Origin: Auanema rhodensis
Lineage: Eukaryota; Animalia; Nematoda
Reading direction: 5' to 3'
Assembly (NCBI GenBank): GCA_964057225.1
Contig: OZ059898.1
Location: 10,788,001 to 10,852,000, forward strand
DNA: 64,000 nucleotides
The notes beneath the pieces were generated by a model. That model did not search any database, had not been told where the DNA came from, and was given only the letters and a program-made list of their open reading frames with translations. The translations under genes were made by a program, and so were the position numbers. Positions 39,791 to 53,327 of this stretch are shown piece after piece (position 1 is the first letter of the stretch; each line of letters starts with the position of its first letter).

Positions 39791-42700
39791 TTATAAATCT
39801 ATCATGTCATGCTGAGCAGCATTTGAATGAGATTCAAAACGCAACACCTGAGACATTGTGTTGAGTTGTTCACCCATGATAGGTGATAGAGAACTGTGTT
39901 CAACAGCATTATTAGTGGAATGAATATCACAATAAATTTCTTTTTGTTCTTTTTTAACTTGTGTCCATTGTAAGATTTTGTAGCTGCTGTCTGATGGCCT
40001 GCCATTGAATTTCGCTAGTGCTGAGGCCATGTTGAAGTGTAAGCGAAGGCCAGTAACCTTTGTGAATGGCGATTACCTGAAAGCATTGCAAATGTGTCAA
40101 TGACAACTATTGAATAAAAAAACCTTTTGAATTGTCTCTTGTGCGCATATATTGGGAGTGGTATCTAGGGAACTGTAGGTTAACTTTCCAGCATCGTTAT
40201 CTTCTCCAACTAACACCTGCAATATAATACAGTTATATCAAAAATATAATTAGTCAATTCACTTTTACACATTGTTCAGCAGCATCAGAAATAGATTCCA
40301 AGTCATAGCCCCCTTCTAAGGCAAGAACTACTTTACCATCAGCATAGTTTAGAAGTTGACGTGTCATGTAGCCAAACATTGCTGCCGATACCTCGTATCC
40401 ACCAAGAACTTTAGGATGATTTCGAGCAGCATCGAAACCAGCAGACACAAGAATGAAACTCGGCTGAAACTGATCTAGTACTGGCTCAACTATTGCTCTC
40501 CAAGCAGCCAAGTATTCGGGATCTCTCATAACATCGCCAGAAAAGGGAACATTAATCGTATAGCCCTAAAAATAACAAATACAAATAAAATAAAAATTAG
40601 CGTTCTAACTTTTCCAGACCCACGCCCCAATTCGGTGACAGCACCAGTACCAGGATAAAAATTGCCATTATCGTGACGATGAAGAGAGATATAGATAACA
40701 TTTGGATCATCTTCAAAACATTGTTGAGTTCCGTTTCCATGATGTACATCCCAATCTATGATGGCAATCCTCTTGCATTTTTGTGGATATTTAATTTGCA
40801 ACTGTCGAGCACAGATTGCCACATTATTGAAGAAACAGAAACCCATAGCCTTAACAAATTACATAGTTTTATAGAATCAAGAGTTTAAATCTAACATGAT
40901 CAGGTTCTGCGTGATGCCCGGGAGGTCTAATACAAGCAAAACCATTTTTTAATCGTCCTTCCACCACTTGAGATGCTAATTCGATAAGGGAACCAGTAGC
41001 AATTCGAGCAGCAAGTTGAGTACTATTGTCGTTAAAATAGGTATCTGTATCAATTCCTATCCCTCCGCATCCTAGCTGAAATAAAAGGCTATAAAGTAAA
41101 AAGATAGGCACTACTTCATACCTGTACAAAACTTTTCACCGGTAATTGTGATGTCTCAATTTTTAGGCAAGCAGTAGGCGACACAGCGAAAAAGGTTACA
41201 TATGTTGGTGTATGCACCAAACGTAATTGGTCAAGAGAAGCTTTTTTAGCTAATACTTTCTCACATCTGTAAACTACATTTGGTTAAATGAACGAGCGAG
41301 TTTTTTTTTACTTTTGCACCAATCCTGATTCTAATAATCTAGCCCAAATACTTTGAACTCTACCCCCATGTTCAATATGAGTGTTGGTCTCTCCACAGGT
41401 GCATTCATGTTTCGACATTGCAATATCATAAGTTAAACCAGTAGCACTTGCTGATATGGCAGATTCAGAGGTTGTAGCGAGTTGTTTAGAGGATAAAAGA
41501 CTGTTTGAGTATGCATCATCATCTTCCTGTTCTTCTCTAAATTTTTTCACAATTTTCGAGAGATAATAAAAAAATACTTACCTTACAAGACTTTTACGCC
41601 TCAAAACAAGTTCTCGAAGCTGCTGCTTCAGAAGTGATGGGTATCCACCAACTGGCAGGTTTTGGGATAAACCCAAAGGGAAACGAGGATCAAGCTTATT
41701 TTTATCAATTGCTGACTAAATAATATAGTAAAATTTAATAATTTTGTGGGCAAACCAACATCATCAATACCAGCTCCTAAACCGAGTTGAGCTTGAAATA
41801 GACTAGGAAGACTCAAAAACGGTGTTAATTGAGCTGCAGCAAGAAGCGAAGGTATATCTTTAAAAAAAAAAGTAAACATAAAAAAATGCCTTTTAAAAAC
41901 CGAGAGGCAGTTGAGTTGGAATTGTATTCGCTGCTAAGTTTGGTAAACTTGGAGAAGGGACCATTAAGTTTTGTGCTAAAGCAGTATTCGCACTCAATAA
42001 TGCATCAACTGGTAAATTGCCAGCAGCTGAAGTCTCGCTGTCGCTTCTAAAAGAATGAAAACTTAATAGTTACCTAAAAGTACAATACCGTTTCAAGGGT
42101 GGATGTGAATAGTTGAAGGTGGGAGGGTTTTGAACAGGACTGCTACCCTTGCTCAAGAGTTTTGCTCTAATTCTCATCTTCAGATTTGGTTCACTGTTCA
42201 CCTGAAAACATTCATCATGATTTATTTTTAAAAAACAGCATTTTCATAATTTCTGATCACTTGTTTAAAACCGAGAAATCATTGCACCAGAAAATGTGAC
42301 TGCGTAAACTTGACGCAGACATGAACTTCTACTTTTCAAGTATTTTTTTTAACATGAACAAGGTTGTGCCTGTTGTAATCTCACCAAATTTTGAAAAGAA
42401 TCAATCAAAATTAAAAAAAAAGATAGTAGGAGTAGAAAAAAAACAATATACCTTTCTTAATTGGTGAAATTCAGGTTGTTGCGAGGATTGCTGTGTTGTT
42501 TGATGGTGGGAAGATGGAACCCTATATGGTTCAAAATGAGGAGAACTAACATTAACCTAAATAAATAAAATTGAGACATGGCATAAAAATTATTGAAATA
42601 CCTGTGGACTCATGGGTTGATGAGGTGGAGTTCCAGATAGACTTCCTTGACTGCCTTCTTTATTTCTTTGGGCAATCATATTTTTTAATCTATCTTTTGT

Positions 42701-43317
42701 ATGTTGCGATATCGTTTGGGTACCCGAAGAGCCAGAAAAAGATCTCATTTCTCTGAAAAAAAGTTGATGATTATTAATACAATAGGTGAAATAATAGATA
42801 CTAACGCTTTTAATTTCATCGGATGTGTTTGAGATGGAGTTACTGACTGTGATACAGGAATATCGCGAGACGTTGTGGGGACCTGGGGTAGACTGGAGCT
42901 TAACAGGCTACTCACAGAAGATGAACGAGAAGAAGGATTATCTGAAAATACAATTGCGAATTCTGAGGAAGAAACCAAAAAAAATATATATATATAAACT
43001 AATCCTTACTATCACTATCTCTGCTATCCGTTGATAGCAAAGGAGTTCCTTGATTATTAGCCATATTCTGATAGTACTGCTGGAGATGTTGTAAATTCAA
43101 AACTTGTTGAGCTTGTTCGAATGTAGTGACCATCTCCATTTGCTTTTGTTTGAAAGCCTGAAAAGGGAAAAAACGAATAATATTAGCTCAGTTCCGGTTA
43201 GCAACAAACTAAGCAAGTGACGTTTAAATTTATAATTTTTCAATCATATAATATTTTTAGATAATTTCAATGTATCCCGAAACTCACCCTCGTGATCATA
43301 TTCGATTTTAATTTAAA

Positions 43318-43348
<31 letters not shown>

Positions 43349-44147
43349 CATTTAGTATACTTTGTTTTTGCTATCTATCGTTCATTAATTATATCCGCAT
43401 TGGTAATATGCAGTATTCGAGCCATATTCTATTATAGTTGGCCTAGCTGATGCAAGCAAACGAGTTTCTATAAATACTCCGCTTTTGCTTGAATGTGCTG
43501 GCGCACAGCAATCGATACGCGAGGCTCAGCAAATAAATGCTAAAAATAGGTATTCCACTCAAGAAGCGAGAACTTGACTGAAAATAAATAGAGAAACTTT
43601 TAAAAGGAAGTGTAGAGAAGCCAGAAAACTGTTTCTACTTTTTTCTATTTTTGGCCAAATACATACAGATAACTCTGAATTTAACAAAAAATATATATAT
43701 AAATACCAGAACATAATATAAAATCTGAGTCTAAATCTAGGAATAGAGGATATCTAAAACTAATAAACAACTGGTAAAGGATTTTGTTATAGTAACAACT
43801 TGGTGAACGAACATTAATACGAGATCAGCTGATCTATATGTTAATATACCTTACAAACTGGAGAATAAGCCCAGGTTTGCCACCGATTTAATTAATTTAC
43901 ATGATTAATGTGGAAAGAAAGCAAAATTACACTATAAGAATGAATACTTACATGTGAAAAAATATTTCAAAATTGAAATAGTAAAGTTTTTAAATTATAA
44001 ATATAAAATATAAATGAAATAAGTCGATTAAAAGCTAATCACCTCTTGAAGTTGCTGTTGGAACAAAGCGAAATGTTCCGGATCTTCTAGTACTGAAGAG
44101 GGAAACTGGAACATATTTCCGGAGCCAGAAGGACCAGGTTCACCCAT
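39791..44147 (-). CDS. hda-4: Class IIa histone deacetylase
   Basis: Q-rich N-terminus, 14-3-3 site LRK|[12 protein letters not shown], and a catalytic domain with [56 protein letters not shown] and LEGGYDL. Confidence 0.93.
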
Positions 44148-44705
44148 AGTAAAAGGCTTATCCTGCAAATTAGATATATTAAAGATGCCACCTGTCATCA
44201 CGTGTGCTATGGAAAAATGATCACATGATTAAATAATTTTCATATAGATTTTTAATATAAAATAAAAGATGTACTTCTTCTAACTTCAATAGAGCTTTAA
44301 CTTTGACTTCAGATTGAAAAGTAGGCTTTCAGGAGAAGAAGCACGGGACTTCAGATGAATCCGAACAGCATGTCTGCGAGTCTGACTAGCTCCGCCCAAA
44401 TTTCTATTCGTCTGTCTCTTTTTTTTGCAATGGAGCGCATATTAAGCAAAAATTTTAAGACGTTCGATCTTCATAAAATCTTTTTTTTCTAAAGAGTTGT
44501 TAATTCTTTGTGTTTTATTATTCTTCATCAATAAATTAGGTTTTTTTTGCATCATATTCGAATTTCTATTGGTTCCAACCTACCTATCACGTTAATGTTG
44601 TAATACAGGAATTATATGTTTATAGATTTCTGTGCTTTCCAAAGTTATTGATTCACAACATTTATCAAGGCTTCTAGTCTTCTATGAATATTCTAAATTC
44701 ATAGA
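44148..44705. promoter_or_regulatory. Divergent (bidirectional) promoter region between hda-4 and COP1
   Basis: The start codons face away from each other ~560 bp apart, with a GC-richer core around 44340-44440. Confidence 0.55.
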
Positions 44706-47534
44706 ATGGAATTGCCGTTTATGACAAAACGAAAGCGTAGGGCAAATGATACCATTAATGGTCAGAAATAGCACCAAACCGTAAGCATAAATCATTTTTT
44801 CAAGATATTTTCGACCCCACATCTGTTAAACCTTCAACATCTGAGCTACTACATTGGAAACATCCAACGGGTGATATTTGGTGAGTATAAATTTCTGATA
44901 AGCCTTATTGCTTTTTTTAAGTGAAATTTGTTTACAAGATGTTCGACAACCAATAATAACCCCTTGTATGCATGTGTTCTGCTATGGATGTATAGAGGAA
45001 AGTATTAAAGTTCGACGAGTATGCCCTAAATGTTCTCAAGGTCCCCTGGATGTAATGGTAAAAAGGTCCTCAGTCTTGAATTATGATATAATCTCATTCA
45101 GGACCTTGTTTCAGTACCTCCTCAACCAGAGGAAAGGAAACAGGAGAAGGTAAAATAATCTGAAAATTAAACAATCACTCTAATATAGGTGGATATGAAC
45201 GATATATCTGAAATATTTTCAATTATTGCTCGTTCTAATCTTGTGACTTCGGAAATTGATGATATGATTAAAGTGCTATCTAAAAAACGAGCAGATCTTT
45301 GTGTTGGACAAGCGACCACCACTGATTCATTAGTAGGCATGTTTTATCCTATACCAATCTTAATATTATTTGGATAGTTTAGATATATTCACGAGAGAAA
45401 TTTTACGAAGGAAAGAATTACAACTATCTAATATTGTTAGGCAATGTGATATTATCAAAAAAGATCGAGATGTCGTTACTTCTGTGAGCTTAATGCCTTA
45501 TTTTAGTCTTTTATAAATCTTTCATGTAAAAACGAATTTGTTTAGAGGTTGCACACATCTATTGGGACATCACGTGGAACACGAACACAGGTGATTTTAC
45601 CCGTATTTATATATCGCTAAGATTTAATACTATTCATTTATCTCTCTATAATGAAGTTGCATAAATGAGTTCGTAAAATGAACATTCAGGGAGTCGATAA
45701 TTTGACGGAGCGCATGCTGAAACATTTTGACGGACTACAAGCATACTACACAGAGCTATTAAACCGAACTCCTAATGGATCAGGCACGTTTCTGTGTTAA
45801 TTTTTTTCATTTAAATTATCTTAAGAAAACGACGTGTCACAAACTACTGTGTGTCCAGAATGTGAAGGTGGATGTAAAAACGATGAAGATAGACTAGATC
45901 GTATGGGAAATGTAAGGCGTATATTTTCATGTAGACACAAAATGTATTACTTGTCAGGTTATCAAAGGAGTGGCGAAGTATGGACAGGTAGAACGAATAG
46001 CATCATTAAATTATGATATTGAAATTCCTCCACAGCAATCCATAGTCTCGAGGTATGGCATAAAAAGACAATTTTTATTCATTCTTTTTTGCAGTTTGGA
46101 ATTTGACAAAGATGGAGAATTATTCGTTGTTGCTGGTGTAACAAAAAGAATAAAAATATTCAGTTATGATAGTGTTGTGAGCGCCCCCGATGGCCTGCAT
46201 TATCCCTTAGGTCAACTTCGATGTCGAAGCAAAATAAGGTAAGTTATTACTTCTTTGTTTGTTAGTACTTTTTACTGTTTGTAGCAATGTGTCATGGAGT
46301 CAATTTCAAAAAGAATTGTTATGTAGTAGTGATTATGATGGAACCATTAATGTTTGGGATATAAACACGGTATGTTTATACTTTTGCTTTTTGATATTTG
46401 AGATAATTTTTTTTACAGCAGCAAGTTGTAAAAACATTCCACGAGCATGAGAAGCGTTGCTGGACTGTACATTTTAATAACGTTGATCGGCATTTATTGG
46501 CAAGCGGCAGCGATGATGCTAAAGTATGGCTATTATTAAGTTGTTTTAGTTTATTTGCTATATCACTTAATTATGGGTAGTATTTCTGAGATATGAGCTT
46601 GAAAGAAATCTGTCTTCTGGTTTACTGAGTCTAAGTATAATGTTTAAAAAGCGAAAATAGTATGCTTGTTCTAACTACATATCTACCATCTTTAGTTTTT
46701 CCTAATTTTTAACATTTGAGTTCATTTTATGACATGACCTTGTTCAAGTTTACGCTAACATATTTCATTTTCCCTTATTTGAAATATTTTAGGTAAAAAT
46801 CTGGAGTCTAAATTGTGACAGATCTGTTACTAGTATTGATGCAAAAGTTAATGTATGTTGTGTATGCTTTAGTCCAACTAACAAATTTCATCTTGCATTC
46901 GGCTCAGCTGGTAAGATAGTTGATATTCGAAATGTTTCAATATTCGTAGTGTTTCAGATCATACTGTACATATGTATGATATTAGACAACCAACTTCTCC
47001 CTTAAATATCTTTAAAGGACATAAAAAAGCCGTATCCTATGTTCGCTATTTGAATGAAGACCAAATAGTCTCGGCGTATGTGTTCTATCCACTTGAAGAA
47101 TATTTTATTCCGAGCTTTCAGATCGACGGATAGTACTTTACGCGTATGGTGTGCCAAAACGGGAAGATGTATTCGAATATTACGGGGACATATCAATGAG
47201 AAAAACTTTGTAGGACTTAGTGATAATGGAAGTGATCATGTTATGTGTGGTATAGTCCGATGTTTAAATATGAAGTTCGTTTTTATTTTTTCAGGAAGTG
47301 AAAACGGAAGTGTTTTCTTCTATCATAAGTATATCTCAGAGCCTGTGCTTGCCAGTTATGTAGGAAAAGATGATTCTGTTGGAGATCCCGAAGGCTTCAT
47401 CTCTTCCGTTTGTTGGAAGAAGGTATTGTCATCTATTGGTTTCAATATATAAACTTATCTCTTTCTTTCAGAACTCAGATATTGTTGTTGTTGCAAATAG
47501 TTATGGAAGTGTGCAATTTTTAAAGCTTTCATAG
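44706..47534 (+). CDS. COP1: E3 ubiquitin ligase COP1/RFWD2 (C3HC4 RING, coiled coil, WD40)
   Basis: [45 protein letters not shown]1-specific WD40 segments: [29 protein letters not shown]...CRSKISNVSW...[26 protein letters not shown]...[37 protein letters not shown] and [11 protein letters not shown]. Confidence 0.93.
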
Positions 47535-47895
47535 TCTTTTGGTTGTGAATAGTTCCCTGTGAATGTTATTTTCTTTTCCCGGTTTTGATGACTGTATAAA
47601 TTAATAAAAGAGAAAAATATATAATTTTTACTTAGTTATTATCTGGCTGAAACCCCAATTTAAATATCTTATGGGTATGTACTCTTTGAATATACATAAT
47701 AATGAAAATGAGGATTGTATTCCTTCCAAAGAGTTCCTCTGTCGTCCATTTGGTATCCATTTGCTCTGAACAATATTGTTTAACAAATTGAGCTTGAAAT
47801 GGAATTAACTCACAGGTACTTCTGATAAAATGCGGGAGGTGTTTCCGTTGTTGTCGTATAACTCATTAAAGGATTAGGAAAATTTTGAATATTAA

Positions 47896-50800
47896 ATGGA
47901 TTCATCAAATATGGGATTAAGGTTTGACAGGAAATAGATTGTATAAAAAGTAAAAGGAATATAATATGCGCCATTTTAAAATTTATAAATACAAATCACC
48001 AGCTTATTTTATTCTATATATATATTAGATTTGAACCGTTGAAGAAGATTTATTACAAGTCAATGTTACTTACTCAAGTTGATGATCGGGTTGTTTTAGA
48101 TAAGCTGCGGGTGAGAAATTGTTCGAGATTCGCTTAATCCTGTTTTTCTTCTCCAGTTATATCATCAGCAGTTAATCAAAGGTCAGGATATCGATAAAGA
48201 TGAAGTTTTGAACGAAGCTCTTGCTGTTCTCTCTTCTTCAAAGGTGTGAACTTATTTGTTATTATTTGGAAAAGAATATGGATTTATTTTTAATTTCGCA
48301 GTTCTCTACAGCGACGAAAAAAGTTGCTTCTCAAGTGAAAAATATTATCAATCCTACAAAGCCCAATGATTGGATTACTATGGCCACGTTTGTTGGCTCA
48401 TGCTGTTCTGATTCACTTGTCAAATTTATCAAACATTGGCTTTCGGTTTCTTCTAAGTACACTATAGGGTATTATTATTTATCAGTCTCTACAATTCGTC
48501 CGAAATATTACAGACAAAGTGATTCAGAATTTCTTTTCCTATCAGATTTTATTCTCCGTGCTGGAAAAGTTAGCAAGGAACTTCTAACCGTATTAGATAG
48601 GGAAACTTTATATTGTTTTCGCGAGTAAATAATGTAGAAGTATTTGATCATATTTTGACATATGATTTCAGAAAACTTTTACTAGTTTCTTTCACATTAT
48701 TCGAATGTAGAGATGAAGATGTGACGCATTTGGTAAAATCTGTTCTAAAACTTTATTCTACAGATGAAGAAAGGAAAGAAGTAAGTTTATGATTAATCTT
48801 AACATATCTCAAGAAGAGTAGTTGATTTATTCCATTCAACGAATGTGTCAAATCTCACATGAGCGGTTTTTTTGACGATTTGTTAGTTAGCAAAGCGGTT
48901 CATCCACTATGATATATGATAAAACCACAAAGAAAATATATTCGATATGAATAGAATAGTATTGATGAGTAAAAAAAAACAGGTTTAAATGCTTATTAAT
49001 AATTTTTTATTTTTCAGTTAGTACTTTTCTTGCTAGATCAATTTCCTAGAGATTCTCCATGTGCAGTGTTTACGTTAGGTTTACTATGTGACCATGCATT
49101 GGTTCGCTAATCTTTAAATTATATTATCATATATCAAATATTGAAGGACCAGACTCTGAAACATAGATTATTGACTAATTTATTTTTCTGGGCTCTCAAC
49201 CAGGAATTGGCCAGTTTAACCTCTGGCGTTTTTTGCACTGTATTCTCTGATGACAGCTTAAGAGAGCAAGTAGTTGAAATTATAGTTAAACTGTTGCTTT
49301 CAAACAGAAGGTGATTATTTTAGCTTTTCAAAAGTAATGTAGACGTTCAAGATGTGTACGGAACAACTTAGTTCGAGTATGGCTGCCTCGTATTACTGTA
49401 TCTAAAAAAGCTGCAAATATATTAAAGCAGAGTTTAGAACGTATTGAGAATGAATGGCAAAAGCATAAAAAGGGGGAGGGTGATCTGGTATGGCCTTTGC
49501 ATATTTGGAAATATCAGGTTAATCAAGAAAAATATAATTTTTTATTATTTAGTTTTAAGGATGTAACTTGCATTGATCTTGAATGGCAATGGTCAGAAGC
49601 GGAGTACGTTATGCAGCCAAGAGACAATATTATCGTTGCTTATGCCAGCATATGTCTTCTGCTTTCCAGACGGTTCAAGAACTATGATTTTGATAAAAAA
49701 GTTAGTAGTTTTTAACAGAACTTATTCATTTAAAACTTGATTTTTAGATGTTAAAACAAGCTTTATTTTGGCCATTATCTGAAGCATCAGTTCCAGCTTT
49801 TCAAACATTTTGTGCTCTTCCGAGTTCGGAATCAAAGACGGAACCTTTAGGTTAGTAGCTAACAGATAGAGGCCTGATTATTATTAAATTTTAGAGCAAT
49901 TCTTTGAAGCAAATTGTCATAATCCATCTGAGGATATTCGCAAAGAGATCGATACTGCTTTTAAGGCCGGTTATTTCAGTGAGGCTTGTCGCAAAATATG
50001 GAATGAACGGCCTGAAATGAGTCTACCATGCAATGATGTTAACTCTGACACCATGGCGGATGAATGGGTATAAAGATTCACGTCTTTGAAAAATGATAGA
50101 TTTTTTTTGAGGATTGTACACAAAAAGTTGTTCATCATGAGAAGATAATGCCTAATTTGAACAGTACTTCTGAAAAAATTTTGCATCTACTTTATATCTC
50201 TGGATCTCACTCAGATGAAATATGCCCTACATTTCCAGTACTCTATGAAAATCTATTAAAAGCAAACATACACCATCGTGCATTCGCCAATGAATTAAAT
50301 GTAAGTTTTATATTCAAATCCAATATCTATAACGTTTTCCTACCCAGAAGCTAATTGATCATTTCAAAAACTCTGACGAAACTCTTAGATGTAAAATATC
50401 TCTTATCTGGAAAGTAGTAACTAGATGCCGCATGAAAGCGGTTGTCGATCATGGGTGCTCTACTTTGGGAGTTCTTCTTCCTCAGGATTACACTCTTCTC
50501 AATTTTTTTTTCAATGAGGTTTCTATTTTCATTTGTATTGCTGAATTATTTTATTTTACTTTAGGCATCAGCTTTTCTTTTTTCTGAGAGTACTGCTGTC
50601 AGAACTTTATGTATTTCTAGAGTGTTATGGTGTTGTTGTTCTGCGGCTGGCCCTGAGCTATATAAAAAATTATGGAATCAAATAGTTGAGTTCATCGACT
50701 CTCCTCAACGAAACCCAACTGTAATGTCACGGGTTTTGAAAACATTGAAACTGTTTTTCTCCAAAGCTGACTGCGGTTTGACATATGACTAGAACTCTAC

Positions 50801-52125
50801 CACACGATGCATTTGTTTAGCGTTTCCTCTGGAATCCTACACAAAACTCTTCTCTTTTTGTATTGCTGTACAGATAAATTCTGACTTCTTGGTCCGTAGT
50901 TCTGCTACGATATTATTCGGCATGTTACAATATACTTTTTATATTCAATTTAATATTATGTTTAGGTTTTATTATCAAAGCAATAACCGGTAGCAGAAGT
51001 CGACCTTTGTTTTATTTGACTGTCAAATGGCCTGACATCTGGAAGCAGGTACATTATTTAACTCACAAATTAATCGCTTACAGAAGAATTCGATTTATAG
51101 GTCAAAAGTTTGTTGGAGCAACCATTTGAGAATTGGATTCTACCTAAAAAAATATTGTTCTTAACATTCTTATCTCAGTTTTATGTTTGTAATGAGCAGT
51201 TCTATACTTGCCATGAATATGAGTATGCTTTGAGAACCTCTTTCATGATAAATTCATAATTTTCAGAATAATCAGGAATATCCGGGATTTAGTTAATACA
51301 TGGATCAATATATCACCTAATATCCGAGAGCGAAGATTCTGTATTGATGTTCTAATTAACTTCATTCCTATATACCATCGTGAAATTATCTTTAGTACGG
51401 TGAAGGTTTGAGATGATGAGACGACGACATGAATATATAAGCCACTTTCAGACAAACATCTCAAAATGTAATGCAAACAGCTATTATGATTCTGAATATT
51501 TCATCGATGTACTAAAAGAGTATAGCTGTTTTCTGAGGAAAAAACTGAAACATATTGTTTTTAGGGATCCAACTATTAGAACTGGTGAAAACATGTTGCT
51601 CTTGCCATCACAATTACTCAAATCAGCATTTGTTAGAAGAGTAAATGAAGCAAGTACATTGGAATCAAGTTTCCCAAGCCCCACGTTTATGGAGGAGTTT
51701 GAACTGATACTGCAGAAGTAATAAATGATTCATCTAAAAATTGAATACAATCTTATTTTTAAGAGCTTATGCTTTTATATGTGATGAGCGCACAGGAGAC
51801 GATTCAAAAGGCATATGTGCATCTTATATGCTGGTACTCTTAGCACGATGTCTGAAGTTGTGCAGGTTAGTTAAATGTGGAAAAAACTAGCAAATTATTT
51901 AAAATATCTTTCAGTGTGTCATCTAATATTAAGGAACAGTATAAAAACGCAGTGAATCGGTGTTTAATGTTTGGTGATCGAGCTAGACATGTTCTTAGTG
52001 TACTCCCAATAGAGTTAGGTCTCACTGACAGCTTGCTCAATTCTTATCACTTTATTCAAGTATTTTCTACACTCTAATTTATCACCTCTAACTAGATTTT
52101 TCAGTTAATCAAAGAATGGGACTAG
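47896..52125 (+). CDS. Large HEAT/ARM-repeat protein, probably THADA/Trm732-like (DUF2428)
   Basis: A many-exon helical protein. The segment NPTVMSRVLKTLKLFF...NSDFLVRSSATILFGFIIKAITG...FYLTVKWPDIWKQV...ILFLTFLSQFY resembles the THADA 'VHALNILRALF...WAVRNSSTLLFSALITRIFG...FFSRFPEL' region. It is diverged, and the exact ends are approximate. Confidence 0.55.
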
Positions 52126-53029
52126 CTGAGTGTATTATATCAAAAATGTTGTTTCAAAAATGTTAATTGTTTTCCTTTGAATTGTTTTGAACTGTTTATA
52201 AATTTTAATACTCAATTTTTTAATGTTTTGATCGTTCGGTGATTTAACTATAAAAAGAGGTTCATGTACACATTTACATATACATCGAATAAACCGGCTT
52301 TTGTAGCAAGGTGAGCGCTGGTTTTTGGTGTATGTGTTTTTTTTGCAATTTTATTCATAAACAGATAGTAATATTATGGAAACTCAAGTTGTCAAAAAAG
52401 AGAAGAAGACTAAACAGTGACATCATCTAGCTTGTCGTGCTTGTGCTCCTTTTAATAAAAAAATTGATGATAAACAATCTGAGAAAGCCTTGTATTAAAG
52501 TTATTTATAACCAACAATAAGAATTGCTTAGCAGTTATTCGCCGAACACTCGAACCCCCCTGACAGCCCGGTCAAGACTTAAGCAAAAACTTAGAATAAG
52601 ACATGGCTAAATTAATGATACATTTATTTTCATTTTCAAATAATTATATAACAAAAAAATAATGAATAATTACTCAAATACTATATGGGAAAGAGCCTAA
52701 AAAATACAGTATTTTTTTCTTAAACAGTTAATTGTATCTTTTGTTTTTAATGGCGGTGGAACCATGAAGACTAATAATATTTTCAGTCATTATTTCACAG
52801 AAATTGTGTTACTTTTTTGATTGATCATGATGAAATATATACTTAAAAAAGAATTAAAAATATCACCATTGTTTGCAATCCGTCTAACTTCAAGTTTTAT
52901 GGGAGAAAGGGCTGATATAAAAAGTTTTATGGTTACACTTATTCGGCTTCTTAATTTCTATAAAATTGACTTCATACTTTCAAATAAATATCTTTAAACC
53001 TTCCATGAATCTTTTAATTATTATTTCAG

Positions 53030-53327
53030 TTTTAATTACCTCTGTTTACAGCCAAGTAAATGCTGTAAGTTCAAACTATTTTCCCTTTAAATGTTTTTCT
53101 ACTTTCAGCCTCAAATTTCTCCCCAAATGATAGCTGCTATTCAAACACGTGCTCATTTTTGTCTGGGAGAACATCTACCAGCTTCTCCTGAAGTAGAGCT
53201 CATTAAATCTAAAATTCTTTCTTGTCAAGATATTTATTGCGGACAAATGCTTGTTGGACGAGTGATTCAGCTTTATCCTACTTACGTACCAGCTATTCGC
53301 GAATGTTTTCGAGCTGCCGGATTTTAA
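53030..53327 (+). CDS. Small, probably secreted 4-Cys helical protein (first exon not resolved)
   Basis: Exons 53030-53064 (xLITSVYSQVNA, like the end of a signal peptide) and 53109-53327 (PQISPQMIAAIQTRAHFC...SCQDIYC...IRECFRAAGF*) have consensus TTTCAG acceptors and a GTAAGT donor. Confidence 0.6.
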
